64,000 nucleotides of DNA, taken from Bacteroidales bacterium. GTDB taxonomy: Bacteria; Bacteroidota; Bacteroidia; Bacteroidales; UBA4417. A program made the position numbers and the translations under genes. The stretch is from assembly GCA_038204995.1 (NCBI GenBank), contig JBBRCH010000016.1, positions 927 to 64,926 on the forward strand, read 5' to 3'. Below are positions 9,979-20,390 of this stretch, one piece after another. Numbering within the stretch: the stretch's first letter is position 1; each line of letters opens with the position of its first letter. Below the pieces are notes generated by a model. It saw only the letters and a program-made list of their open reading frames with translations, made no database searches and had not been told where the DNA came from.

Positions 9979-12900
9979 TCATCTCATAAATTGCTTTTGA
10001 ATTATCTGCTTTAATGAAGAAATATTTATCGGTTTTGAGATATAATGGTTGCACCCGGCCTCAATTGCCTTTTCACTATCATCCCTTAATTCAGATGCTG
10101 ATTGTGCAATTATGAATACATCTGGATTGAATTGCCTTATTTGTCTGGTCGCTTCATATCCATCTATTCCTGGCATTTTAATATCCATCATAACCAAATC
10201 GATGTCCGGATTATTCCGGCAGGTTTCAATGGCGTCAATACCTGTTTTCACCTTTAATACTTCTTTGCTGAATACTTTCACTACCATCGAAATAAGCATT
10301 TCGGATGTTTCATCATCTTCAACTATTAATATTTTAAGGCTTTTACCCTGTTTTTTTTCTTGTTTTTTAGCAGCAATAAGCGGCGGCTCTAAATGATTAA
10401 AAGGGTTGGGAAGCGAAAAGTAAAAAACAGATCCCTTGCCTTCTTCACTTTTTAACCAAATGTTACCTCCATGTTTTTCCACAAATTCCTTGCAGAGTAA
10501 TAAGCCTAGCCCTGTGCTTGGTTCACCTTCCGTGCCACTTCTATTTACCTGAACATCCAGACGGAATAGATTGGCCATCATTTTCTTGCTTATTCCTATC
10601 CCTGTATCCTTAATTGATATTTCAATACCGTTAGTACTGGCATTTTTAGCTGAAATGATAATCTTGCCACCCCTGGCTGTAAATTTCACTGCATTTGAAA
10701 CGAGGTTACGTATTACAGTTTGAATCATGTTATTGTCAGCAAAAATTGTTAAAATCGCCGGGATATTGCAAATAATTTCAATTTCCTTGTTTCTTGCTGG
10801 TTCTGATACCATTATTATGCATTCATCAATAATTTGCCTTAATTGAGTTTCATTCGGATTAAAAGGTATTAGCCCTTGCTGCATCCTTGACCATTGAAGC
10901 AGGTTCTCGAGCAGCCGAAAAAGATTAATGGCTGAATTATTCATGCTTACAGCAATTTTTTGTAATTCATCCATCGTCAATACCGGTAATTCTTCAGCCA
11001 TAATATGCGTTAGCCCGAGGAAGCTGTTAAAAGGGCTTCGTAAGTCATGAGCAATGATCGAAAAGAATTTATCCTTTTCAGTAACGATTTTTGTCAGTTC
11101 TTCATTTTTAAGTTTAATTTCTTCTTCTGCCCATTTACGTTCGGTAATATCACGCATGATTCCTTCATGAAAAAGTATATTGCCGTTTTCATCGAGATTA
11201 TACCATCCATGATCTTCGACCCAAATTGGAGAACCGTCTTTCTTTTTCAACCTATAGACTCCGGTTTCTTCCAACTTCTCCTGCAATACGAGGCTTTCGC
11301 GGTCGGCAGGCTCAAAATAAAGTTGTTTCTTTATATCAATTGCCATCAGTTCATCCTTACTTGAGTAGCCCAGTAGTTTCACCAATGCCGGGTTAGCATC
11401 AACAAATTTTCCTTCATGCGTACTTTTATAAACGCCATCAGGTAACCTTAATACAAGATTCCGGTAAAGGGCTTCACTCTCCTGCAAAGCTAGTTCTGCA
11501 TGCTTACGTTCGGTTACATCCCTCATGATTCCTTCATGAAAGAGGGTATGCGCTTTTTCGTCGAAATTTAACCAACCATGGTCTTCTACCCAAATCTCGG
11601 AGCCATCTTTCTTTTTCATCCGGTAAACACCGATTTTTTCAAGCTTTTCCTGTAATTCCACGCTTTCGCGGTCGGATTCTTCAAAGTACAACTGTGTTTT
11701 TATATCAATGGCCATGAGTTCCTCTTTACTAGCATATCCCAGCATCTTAACCATGGCCGGATTTACATCCACGAATTTACCGCTATGCGTGCTTTTATAT
11801 ACGCCGTCAGGTAATTTTTCAACCAGGTTCCTGTAAAGTTCCTCGCTTTCCTGTAATGCTAACTCAGCTTTCTTCCGTTCGGTAATGTCACGTCCGATGC
11901 CGACCAAACCTATAATCTGGTTGTTCTTATCGCGCAAAGGGAGCTTACAGGAAAGCAGCCAGCGCAGATGTCCATTTGCGTCAAAAATATGTTCTTCAGT
12001 ATTAATTTCCGGTACCCCGCTTTGCAACACCATTTGATCATTTTCAATAAATCTTTCGGCGAGTTCTTTCGGATAAAAACCAAAATCATCCTTACCAACA
12101 ACATCAGCTTCGGAATTTGCTCCGAGTAATTCTACTTCTGCGCGGTTAGCCAGAGTTTTACGGCCAGATAAGTCCTTGGAATAAATGAAATCAGGAATAT
12201 TATCTATCAGAGTGCGTAGCAGAACATGTTCGTTTAATAGCTTTTCTTCGGCATGCTTGCGTTCTGTAATATCAATAATTAATCCTTCCAGAGCTTCTAT
12301 TTCTCCGGCTTCATTGTAAATAGGGATTCCCTGCTCCCAGACCCATTTTTCCCTGTTATCGGCTGTATGGATTCTATATTCTTCATAAACATGTTCATGA
12401 AACTCTACAGCTCTTTCCCAAGCCATCCAGAGATGTTCCCGATATTCGGGAAGGATCATTTGGTTAAAAGAAATGTCCCTGTTATGAAGTAAAGCCTCTT
12501 TCTCATAGCCTGTCAGGCTTAAACAACCATCGGATACAAACTCCATGGTCCAGTCGCGGTCAAAAAGGCAACGGTATGCCAAACCCGGAAGATTGGATAG
12601 CAATACTGATTTGCTGCGCTCACTTTCCCGGAGTGCTTTTTCGATCTTGCTTTTTGCCGAAATATCCGAAATTACCAACACTACGCCCCTGATAGTCCCT
12701 TGTTTGTTTTTTATCGGAGCCACTTTGCCGGCGATCAGGTATTTGGTACCTTCTTTTGCAAAAAGGACAGATGAGTTTACACCAGTACTTATTTTGTCAT
12801 TTTTCAATACCTTTTTAACTGCAGCGATTATAGGATTTCCAACTTCAGAAGAAATAAGATTGAGCACATCTACAAATGGTTTTCCCACAGCATCGGCTTT

Positions 12901-13629
12901 TTCACAGCCACAAAGGTTTTCAGCAATTGAGTTTATGTTTTGTATTAGTCCCTTATTATCAATAGAAATCACACCATCACCAATTGAATTCAGCATGATC
13001 TCAAGATTTTCTTCACTATCTTTTAACAAGGATTTTGATTTCTCCAGATCAGTAATGTGGATTTTTAGCTGCAAATTGTTATAGGCTTTTTCAGAAAGTT
13101 CGCTCGCAAATGCAGTAAGCATTTTCGAGACTTTTATAAACTGTTCAGCAGACATAAGTGGAACTTCATGAAGTGCTTCACGAAAATCTGCCCTTTCTAC
13201 ACCAATTTCGTCAGCATATTTCAAAATATGCTCTTCATCCAGCTCGTTATTTCGCATCGGCCCTATCAACCAGTTAGCTATGTGCTTGCCTCCGACATGA
13301 ATACTGGTTCCGGCTTCCCATAAGCCTGTGCTTAAACAAGTATGTATAGCCGATCCTGAATTATTGATGCTGTCAAACCTTGCATCGGATAGTAAACAGT
13401 TGGCAAGCCCTTTTTCGGTTTTGCTGATAATATCCTTACACAACCTACAGAAATTGCTTGGGCTGGTGATGGGTGTTCCATCAGGATTTGTAATTATAGA
13501 AGCAACACCGGTAGCATCCGAAAATAAATCCTGCATCCGTTGAATATCCTCAAGGTCGAGAAAATCACATAACCGGATGCTTTCAGTAGCAACCGTTTTC
13601 GAATTTCCGTAATTTGATTTACTATTCAT
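9979..13629 (-). CDS. Cytoplasmic hybrid histidine kinase: PocR-like sensor, five PAS, HisKA/HATPase, receiver
   Basis: N-terminus (QRMQDLFSDATGVASII..PSNFCRLC..HTC..GLWEA) resembles the PocR ligand-binding domain; H-box IIAHDLRSPF; receiver ILIVEDD..VMMDIKMP..YISKPI. Confidence 0.9.
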   Translation of the reverse strand: MNSKSNYGNSKTVATESIRLCDFLDLEDIQRMQDLFSDATGVASIITNPDGTPITSPSNFCRLCKDIISKTEKGLANCLLSDARFDSINNSGSAIHTCLSTGLWEAGTSIHVGGKHIANWLIGPMRNNELDEEHILKYADEIGVERADFREALHEVPLMSAEQFIKVSKMLTAFASELSEKAYNNLQLKIHITDLEKSKSLLKDSEENLEIMLNSIGDGVISIDNKGLIQNINSIAENLCGCEKADAVGKPFVDVLNLISSEVGNPIIAAVKKVLKNDKISTGVNSSVLFAKEGTKYLIAGKVAPIKNKQGTIRGVVLVISDISAKSKIEKALRESERSKSVLLSNLPGLAYRCLFDRDWTMEFVSDGCLSLTGYEKEALLHNRDISFNQMILPEYREHLWMAWERAVEFHEHVYEEYRIHTADNREKWVWEQGIPIYNEAGEIEALEGLIIDITERKHAEEKLLNEHVLLRTLIDNIPDFIYSKDLSGRKTLANRAEVELLGANSEADVVGKDDFGFYPKELAERFIENDQMVLQSGVPEINTEEHIFDANGHLRWLLSCKLPLRDKNNQIIGLVGIGRDITERKKAELALQESEELYRNLVEKLPDGVYKSTHSGKFVDVNPAMVKMLGYASKEELMAIDIKTQLYFEESDRESVELQEKLEKIGVYRMKKKDGSEIWVEDHGWLNFDEKAHTLFHEGIMRDVTERKHAELALQESEALYRNLVLRLPDGVYKSTHEGKFVDANPALVKLLGYSSKDELMAIDIKKQLYFEPADRESLVLQEKLEETGVYRLKKKDGSPIWVEDHGWYNLDENGNILFHEGIMRDITERKWAEEEIKLKNEELTKIVTEKDKFFSIIAHDLRSPFNSFLGLTHIMAEELPVLTMDELQKIAVSMNNSAINLFRLLENLLQWSRMQQGLIPFNPNETQLRQIIDECIIMVSEPARNKEIEIICNIPAILTIFADNNMIQTVIRNLVSNAVKFTARGGKIIISAKNASTNGIEISIKDTGIGISKKMMANLFRLDVQVNRSGTEGEPSTGLGLLLCKEFVEKHGGNIWLKSEEGKGSVFYFSLPNPFNHLEPPLIAAKKQEKKQGKSLKILIVEDDETSEMLISMVVKVFSKEVLKVKTGIDAIETCRNNPDIDLVMMDIKMPGIDGYEATRQIRQFNPDVFIIAQSASELRDDSEKAIEAGCNHYISKPINISSLKQIIQKQFMR
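11116..11853 (-). repeat. Tandem duplication of a 123-aa (369-bp) PAS/PAC module within the hybrid kinase
   Basis: QESEELYRNLVEKLPDGVYKSTH...FHEGIMRDVTERK is followed by QESEALYRNLVLRLPDGVYKSTH...FHEGIMRDITERK; the corresponding Gln codons are 369 bp apart. Confidence 0.9.
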
Positions 13630-14370
13630 GCTCCGGTTTTCTTAAAGTGATTTAGTTTTCATGCAATTCAGGATGTGAATTTTAAATGTTTCGGATACCC
13701 TAAACACACCATGCTTTATTTTCAATTGCTGGTTCATATAAAATAAAAGGGTAGGATCTGCTTTTTATTTGGTATTTACAGGTTAACCCTTTGCATGTTA
13801 ACTGCCAGTTTCGGACATTGAGCATCGCACGTAGTCAAATCATAATCAGGGTTGTAAAGGCTGGTATGAGTAGTTGCCTTGCTTTTCAGGGCTATAAATA
13901 CTGGATTAAATTTAGTTAAAAGCCTTTTAAATCAGTATTTCAGTCTTTTCATCATCAAATTAATAAGGTATGTTCCGGATTAGACTTTTATACATTACTT
14001 TATCAACCACGAGATCATTTGTAATACTATTTTTTAAAATCAGGTTCATAGCCTCATGCAATAGAACCATAAACTATTGGACTTCCCCTTTTGCGTTCTT
14101 ATATTATAACGTTATCCGGGTTGATTTCTGCATTCAATAAATACTAAAATCTTTACTTGTATCAAGCAAGGAAGATACAAATTTTAAGACCTGAATTTCA
14201 GGTAGAGCTTTTTAATGTTTTTATGGCCTTGTTTTATTTTATTAACCCATTCGCTTTGAATATTGTACATAGAAATCCAGAACCTTTAGAGATAAATATA
14301 ATGTTTCATCCCGTTTTATGCATAAAACCATCAAAATGATCCCAGTATAGTATGCATACCCATTTGTTCT

Positions 14371-14378
14371 TATCTTTG
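14371..14378 (+). promoter_or_regulatory. Bacteroidota housekeeping promoter -7 box (TATCTTTG) upstream of deoD
   Basis: Exact TAnnTTTG match 19 nt before the ATG at 14398. Confidence 0.65.
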
Positions 14379-14397
14379 CACCTTTATTTTTATAAGA

Positions 14398-15105
14398 ATG
14401 AGTATACATATTGAAGCAAAACAAAACGAAATAGCTGATTTTGTGCTACTTCCGGGAGATCCGTTACGGGCAAAACACATTGCCGAAAATTTACTTACCG
14501 ATGCGGTTTGTTATAATAATGTTCGTGGCATGCTTGGATACACCGGGTTTTATCAGGGAAAACGTGTTTCAGTCCAGGGTACCGGTATGGGACTGCCATC
14601 GTTAATGATATATGCCAGCGAACTTATCAATGATTATAATGTGAAAACTCTCGTAAGGGTTGGAACGTGTGGAGGGTTGATTGATGAAGTTAAATTGCGT
14701 GATGTAATACTTGCTATCAGCGCTTCAACCGATTCGGCAGCTGTTTCGAGGCATTTCCATGGAATGACATATGCTCCGACGGCCAGTTTCAGATTGACTC
14801 AACTCGCATCGGTTAATGCATTAAAAATGAATATGCCTTTAAAGGCCGGAAATATTCTTTCTTCTGATTTATTTTATCATTTTCCTGAAGAAGGCGATGC
14901 CTATGAACTTTGGCGCAGTTTTGGTGTGCTTGCTGTTGAAATGGAGTCAGCCGGGCTTTATATGCTTGCTTCCCGAGCCGGGATTGAAGCAATTTCATTA
15001 CTCACAGTCAGCGATCACCTGCTTACCGGTGAACATGTGAGTGCCGATGAACGGCAGACAAATTTTACTAATATGTCAAAACTGGCGCTCTCTTTGGTCC
15101 AGTAA
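14398..15105 (+). CDS. deoD: Purine nucleoside phosphorylase (DeoD type)
   Basis: [50 protein letters not shown]. Confidence 0.95.
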   Translation: MSIHIEAKQNEIADFVLLPGDPLRAKHIAENLLTDAVCYNNVRGMLGYTGFYQGKRVSVQGTGMGLPSLMIYASELINDYNVKTLVRVGTCGGLIDEVKLRDVILAISASTDSAAVSRHFHGMTYAPTASFRLTQLASVNALKMNMPLKAGNILSSDLFYHFPEEGDAYELWRSFGVLAVEMESAGLYMLASRAGIEAISLLTVSDHLLTGEHVSADERQTNFTNMSKLALSLVQ

Positions 15106-15110
15106 ACTAA

Positions 15111-15184
15111 TTTACGATTTCGGACTACGATTTCGGATCAAAGATTCCGACATTCGACATCCGATAAGCAACATTCGAAATCCA
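15111..15184. repeat. Imperfect inverted heptad-repeat element between deoD and the SMR gene
   Basis: Left arm TACGATTTCGGA x2; right arm TCCGACA TTCGACA TCCGATA AGCAACA TTCGAAA TCCA, roughly complementary to the left arm. Confidence 0.6.
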
Positions 15185-15502
15185 ATGTCCTGGTTTATCC
15201 TTTTTATTGCAGGTTTATTCGAAGTGGTATGGGCTGTTGGCATCAAATACACCCTGGGTTGGACACGACTTTGGCCAGCTATAATTACCATTTTTGCCAT
15301 GGCTGCATCATTTTACCTGCTTTCGCTGGCATTGAAACACATTCCGATGGGAACTGCATATGCCGTATGGACAGGTGTTGGGACAATCGGAACAGTTATT
15401 TATGGCATTATTTATTTTAAAGAACCAACTGATATTCTTCGAATCATGTGTATCTTGCTCATTATTTGTGGTATTGTCGGGTTGAGAATCCTTGCCGGTT
15501 AA
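15185..15502 (+). CDS. sugE: SMR-family transporter, SugE/Gdx (guanidinium exporter) subtype
   Basis: [40 protein letters not shown]; four TM helices. Start placed at ATG 15185 rather than the track's 15041. Confidence 0.85.
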   Translation: MSWFILFIAGLFEVVWAVGIKYTLGWTRLWPAIITIFAMAASFYLLSLALKHIPMGTAYAVWTGVGTIGTVIYGIIYFKEPTDILRIMCILLIICGIVGLRILAG

Positions 15503-15550
15503 GATATCCGGTAATAGATTAAATATTAAATTGAAAAGGTAAGAACGGGT

Positions 15551-16312
15551 ATGCAGAAAACAATTTTTATTACTGGAGCTACAAGCGGTTTTGGAAAAGC
15601 TTGTGCACATGCATTTGCAAAAGACAATCATCGGTTAATTCTTACTGGTCGCAGAGAGGGTCGGTTAACGGTTGAAGCCGAACTTCTCCTTGCAAAATAT
15701 AACGTTGAAGTTTTAACTTTAAATTTTGATGTCCGTAATCGTGAAGCAGTGAAACTGGCAATTGAAGGATTGCCGGCCGGATGGCGGGATATCGATATTC
15801 TGATAAACAATGCAGGACTTGCAGCAGGGAGTGACCCGATTCAGGACGGCAATATGGATGACTGGGATGTAATGATTGATACCAATATTAAAGGATTACT
15901 TTATGTTACCAAAAACGTTTTCCCGCTTTTATTGAAAAGCAAATGCCCTCATATAGTAAATCTTGGATCTATTGCCGGCAAAGAGGTTTATGCCAAAGGA
16001 AATGTTTATTGTGCTACTAAATTTGCTGTTGATGCCCTTACCCGAGGGATGAGGATCGATATGCTCAGTCACGGTATTAAAGTATCGCAGGTAGCCCCGG
16101 GAGCAGCTGAAACAGAATTCTCTCTGGTGAGATTTAAGGGTGATGAGGAATTAGCCACTAATGCCTATAAGGGATTCACTCCTCTCTATGCTGAAGATAT
16201 AGCTGCTGCGGTAATCTGGATTACCGGTCTGCCTGCACATGTCAACATTAATGATTTAATAATCATGCCTACAGCACAGGCAAGTCCGGGGTATTTTCAT
16301 AAGGACCTGTGA
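15551..16312 (+). CDS. NAD(P)-dependent short-chain dehydrogenase (YdfG-like)
   Basis: TGATSGFG, NNAG, catalytic YCATK, LPAHVNINDL. Confidence 0.92.
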   Translation: MQKTIFITGATSGFGKACAHAFAKDNHRLILTGRREGRLTVEAELLLAKYNVEVLTLNFDVRNREAVKLAIEGLPAGWRDIDILINNAGLAAGSDPIQDGNMDDWDVMIDTNIKGLLYVTKNVFPLLLKSKCPHIVNLGSIAGKEVYAKGNVYCATKFAVDALTRGMRIDMLSHGIKVSQVAPGAAETEFSLVRFKGDEELATNAYKGFTPLYAEDIAAAVIWITGLPAHVNINDLIIMPTAQASPGYFHKDL

Positions 16313-16454
16313 GCCTGATATAAAAATTAATAATTGGATCTGATCAGCCTTTTTTGTGGTATCTGCATTGTTAATAAATTCCTGACTATAATAACTATCT
16401 CATATGTAATTATATAATTATCTTTACATCCAATCGTTAATATAATAGAACCTA

Positions 16455-18236
16455 ATGGGAGACGTTACACGTTTATTTGATATCCTGCCACATTATGTAA
16501 AATCATTTCAGCCCAAGGATGATGTGCTTGCAGGTAAGGAAAATGGTACATGGATCAAATACTCAATTAACGATTATGTTTCTCATGCAGATAATATAAG
16601 TTATGGGTTGCTCAAATTGGGCATAAAGCCTGGTGACAATATCGCAACCATTTCGGGGAGTCGTCCGGAATGGAATCTAGTTGATATGGGCATTCAGCAG
16701 ACAGGAGCAATACATGTTCCGATCTATCCGACCATCAGCGAAGACGATTATAAATTTATCCTGGAACATGCCGAAGTTAAAGTGATTTTTGTCACCGGAC
16801 GGGACATCTATCGCAAAATAGTACACCTCGTTGGTGAATTGAAGGGCTTGGTTGCGGTTTATGCATTTAAGGAAACCGAAGGAGTAAAGCACCTTAACGA
16901 TCTTATTTTATTGGGCAAAGAAAATGCTCAACCTTTTCGTATCAATGAAATAAAAGATTCTATTAAGCCAACAGACCTGGCAACAATAATTTATACATCC
17001 GGTACCACCGGAAATCCGAAAGGTGTTATGCTTACGCATAACAACATTATTTCCAATTTTAAAGCGGTACAGGATATTCCTCCTATAGGCGAAGAGGGAA
17101 GGGCTCTCAGTTATCTGCCTCTTTGCCATATTTATGAGCGTATGCTTGTTTACCTTTACCAGTATCTTGGTATATCGGTATATTATGCCGAAAATCCTGC
17201 TACCGTGGGTGATAATCTACGGGAAATAAAGCCTGACATTCTCAGTACAGTTCCCCGCCTGCTCGAAAAAGTTTACGATAAGATTATTAATTCAGGGCGT
17301 AAACTGACAGGAATAAAAAAGATGATCTTCTTCTGGGCAGTAAACGTCGGCATGCATTACGAACTTAATGGCGGGAGAGGACCCTATTTTGCTTTGAAAC
17401 TGAAAATTGCCCGTAAACTTGTATTCAGTAAATGGCAGGAAGCACTTGGCGGAAAACTTAAAGTGATTGTGAGCGGAGGAGCCGCTTTACAACCCAGGCT
17501 GGCACATATCTTCTGGGCCGCCGGAATCCCGGTACTCGAAGGTTACGGTCTGACAGAAACTTCGCCGGTTATTGCTGTAAATAATTTTGAAAAAAATGGC
17601 GTGAAATTCGGAACGGTTGGGCCGATAGTAAAGAATACAACTGTAAAAATTGATGATGATCATGAGATATTGTGCAAAGGACCGGGATTGATGCTTGGAT
17701 ATTATAAAGAACCCCAGCTAACTTCGCTGGTGATCGACAAGGAAGGTTGGTTTCATACCGGAGACCTTGGAAAGATGGAACCAGAGGGACAACTTAAAAT
17801 TACCGGCCGTAAAAAGGAAATATTTAAAACCTCATTTGGGAAATATGTAAGTCCCGAAATGGTGGAGAACCGGATGAAGGAATCAGAATTTATTGATGCA
17901 ATAATGGTAGTTGGTGAAAACCAGAAATTTGCAGCGGCTATTGTTGTCCCCGATTTTAACCACCTGCGGTCATGGTGTCAGATTAAGGAAATCCCGTATA
18001 CTTCAAATACCGAAATGATCGCATTTGAACGTATCCGAAAACGATTTCAGAAAGAAATACATAAATATAACCGGCATCTGGGTGCAGCTGAACAAATTAA
18101 AGCATTTGAATTACTTAATACTGAATGGACTGTTGATTCGGGAGAACTTACAGCAACACTCAAGCTTCGCAGAACATTAGTTAATGAAAGATACAAACCT
18201 GTAATAGATCGACTTTACAACAAACAGGACGAATAA
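16455..18236 (+). CDS. Long-chain fatty acid-CoA ligase
   Basis: YTSGTTGNPKGVML, EGYGLTETSP, GWFHTGDLG, ITGRKKE. Confidence 0.93.
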   Translation: MGDVTRLFDILPHYVKSFQPKDDVLAGKENGTWIKYSINDYVSHADNISYGLLKLGIKPGDNIATISGSRPEWNLVDMGIQQTGAIHVPIYPTISEDDYKFILEHAEVKVIFVTGRDIYRKIVHLVGELKGLVAVYAFKETEGVKHLNDLILLGKENAQPFRINEIKDSIKPTDLATIIYTSGTTGNPKGVMLTHNNIISNFKAVQDIPPIGEEGRALSYLPLCHIYERMLVYLYQYLGISVYYAENPATVGDNLREIKPDILSTVPRLLEKVYDKIINSGRKLTGIKKMIFFWAVNVGMHYELNGGRGPYFALKLKIARKLVFSKWQEALGGKLKVIVSGGAALQPRLAHIFWAAGIPVLEGYGLTETSPVIAVNNFEKNGVKFGTVGPIVKNTTVKIDDDHEILCKGPGLMLGYYKEPQLTSLVIDKEGWFHTGDLGKMEPEGQLKITGRKKEIFKTSFGKYVSPEMVENRMKESEFIDAIMVVGENQKFAAAIVVPDFNHLRSWCQIKEIPYTSNTEMIAFERIRKRFQKEIHKYNRHLGAAEQIKAFELLNTEWTVDSGELTATLKLRRTLVNERYKPVIDRLYNKQDE

Positions 18237-18421
18237 CAGCAGACCGGGAAAGTTCAGGCCTGAAATAGTATTTTTTTTACTCAAATAAGGATTCGAGTAA
18301 GCGATTTTAGTGTCGACATCGATAACAGGATTTGCATTTGGGAAGTACTAAACTATTATTTCAAAATGTGGATTAGGTATATTAATGCTATATTTATCTC
18401 ATACTAACCTAAGTTGGACAG

Positions 18422-20197
18422 ATGAACGGAGTAACCCGCATTTTCGATCTGCTTCAATTGAATGACAATCTCTACAAAGCCGGGGCTCCTGTATTATTCG
18501 GGAAGAAAAACGGGCAGGTTTTCAGCGTTGACAGTCAGACCTATCATTGCAACAGCTATATACTTGCTCATGCATTACTGGCATCCGGAATTAACAAGGG
18601 CGACAGGATAGCCACGATAATCAACAACCGACCTGAATGGAGCTATTTCGATATGGCCATCAGCCTGATTGGTGCGGTACAGGTACCTGTGTATCCTACG
18701 ATCAGTGAAGACCACATCAGGTTTATTTTTAATGATGCTTCTGTTTCGGGGCTTATTGTAAACGATGCACTGCTTTGGGATAGAATTAAAAATGTTATTA
18801 ATGAGATTCTTACTATAAAAGTTGTAATTTCAATTGATGTAGTCAGCGGAGTGCAAAGTACTTATAATCTTATAAAAAAGTATGAGCCTTTTTATCCTGA
18901 AATTAAGGTTATTGATATTGCTCAGGAAATTAAACCGGATGATCTTTTTTCAATCATTTATACTTCTGGCACTACCGGCAGGCCAAAAGGGGTTATGCTT
19001 TCGCATTTTAACCTGGTGAGTAATTTTAAATCGCTGACCGAAATTTTGAAACAGCAGCCAGCTAAAAAAGCTGTAAGCATGCTGCCGTTGTGCCATATAT
19101 ATGAAAGGATCCTAAATTATACCTACCAGAATTCAGGAACCTCCATCTGGTATATTGATGGATTCGATAACATACGTGAAGGCCTGGCTGAAGCTCAGCC
19201 TGATATCTTTTGCGCAGTTCCAAGGCTCATTGAAAAACTGTATGATGCCATTCTTGCCAAAGGACGTGATTTTAAAGGGATTAAAAGATTTCTCTTTTAC
19301 AGGGCGATTGCAATTGGTCAACAATATGAACCCGACCAGGAGTTTCCATTATTTTATTCCTTACAACTTGCTTTGTTACGTAAACTGGTTTTTAAAAAAT
19401 GGCACAAAGCCCTGGGTGGTAATCTTGTTACGATAGTTTCAGGTGGAGCCAGTCTTAATCCTAAGATTGCCCGTATATTCTGGGCTGCAGGATTTAAAAT
19501 AATGGAAGGATATGGCCTGACCGAAACATCACCTGTACTAGCGGTCAGCAATTTCCTGAAGGGTGGAGTCCGAACCGGAACCGTAGGTCCTGTGCTGTCA
19601 GGCGTTGAAATCAAATTTGCGGCTGACGGCGAAATCCTGGTTCACGGGCCGAATGTTATGCTGGGCTATTATAAGCGCCCTGATCGTACGGCCGAAGTAA
19701 TTGATTCTGAAGGATGGTTTCATACAGGCGATATTGGTCAATTGGTTGAGAACAAATACCTGCAGATTACCGATAGGAAAAAGGAAATGTTTAAAACCTC
19801 AGGAGGTAAGTATATTGCTCCACAGGTTCTTGAAAACCGTTTCAAGGAGTCTGCCTTTATTGAACATGTGCTTGTGATAGGTGAGAACTGTAAACATCCG
19901 TCAGCCATTATCATACCTGCATTTGAATATCTGAAAAATTGGTGCAGGGTGAAAGAAATCCCTTATTCAACAGACCAGGATATTATCCGCCATTCCAGAG
20001 TGATCCATCGTATTGAAGAAGAAATTTACCTGATCAACCAGCATTTCGGGCATCATGAGCAAATAAAAAAATGGGAACTTGTTTCTGACAAATGGAGTGC
20101 TGATTCAGGTGAATTGTCTCCTACCTTAAAACTGCGACGTAAATTTCTGATCGAAAAATATGCAAAACTCATTGAGAAAATGTATGAAAAACCGTGA
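18422..20197 (+). CDS. Long-chain fatty acid-CoA ligase (tandem paralog)
   Basis: YTSGTTGRPKGVML, EGYGLTETSP, GWFHTGDIG, ITDRKKEMFKTSGGKY. Confidence 0.93.
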   Translation: MNGVTRIFDLLQLNDNLYKAGAPVLFGKKNGQVFSVDSQTYHCNSYILAHALLASGINKGDRIATIINNRPEWSYFDMAISLIGAVQVPVYPTISEDHIRFIFNDASVSGLIVNDALLWDRIKNVINEILTIKVVISIDVVSGVQSTYNLIKKYEPFYPEIKVIDIAQEIKPDDLFSIIYTSGTTGRPKGVMLSHFNLVSNFKSLTEILKQQPAKKAVSMLPLCHIYERILNYTYQNSGTSIWYIDGFDNIREGLAEAQPDIFCAVPRLIEKLYDAILAKGRDFKGIKRFLFYRAIAIGQQYEPDQEFPLFYSLQLALLRKLVFKKWHKALGGNLVTIVSGGASLNPKIARIFWAAGFKIMEGYGLTETSPVLAVSNFLKGGVRTGTVGPVLSGVEIKFAADGEILVHGPNVMLGYYKRPDRTAEVIDSEGWFHTGDIGQLVENKYLQITDRKKEMFKTSGGKYIAPQVLENRFKESAFIEHVLVIGENCKHPSAIIIPAFEYLKNWCRVKEIPYSTDQDIIRHSRVIHRIEEEIYLINQHFGHHEQIKKWELVSDKWSADSGELSPTLKLRRKFLIEKYAKLIEKMYEKP

Positions 20198-20390
20198 GAG
20201 ATTTCATAGTTTACCCTTACTCTCAATGAACATTGGGATTTGCCATTTTAGTATAGAATCAGATATTCATTGCCAGGAGAAATAATCAACAGATCTAAAA
20301 TTTTCTCCATCCGTCATCCACGGGAAACGCAAATCCTAAAACCGGATTAGAATAATGGTCTCATTGTCCGGTTCACTATGTTCCTTTTTT

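Noticed and set aside
15113-15137. Canonical guanidine-II riboswitch upstream of sugE
   Set aside because: The two ACGA tetramers are not enclosed by complementary GC-rich stems; kept only as a repeat or hairpin observation.
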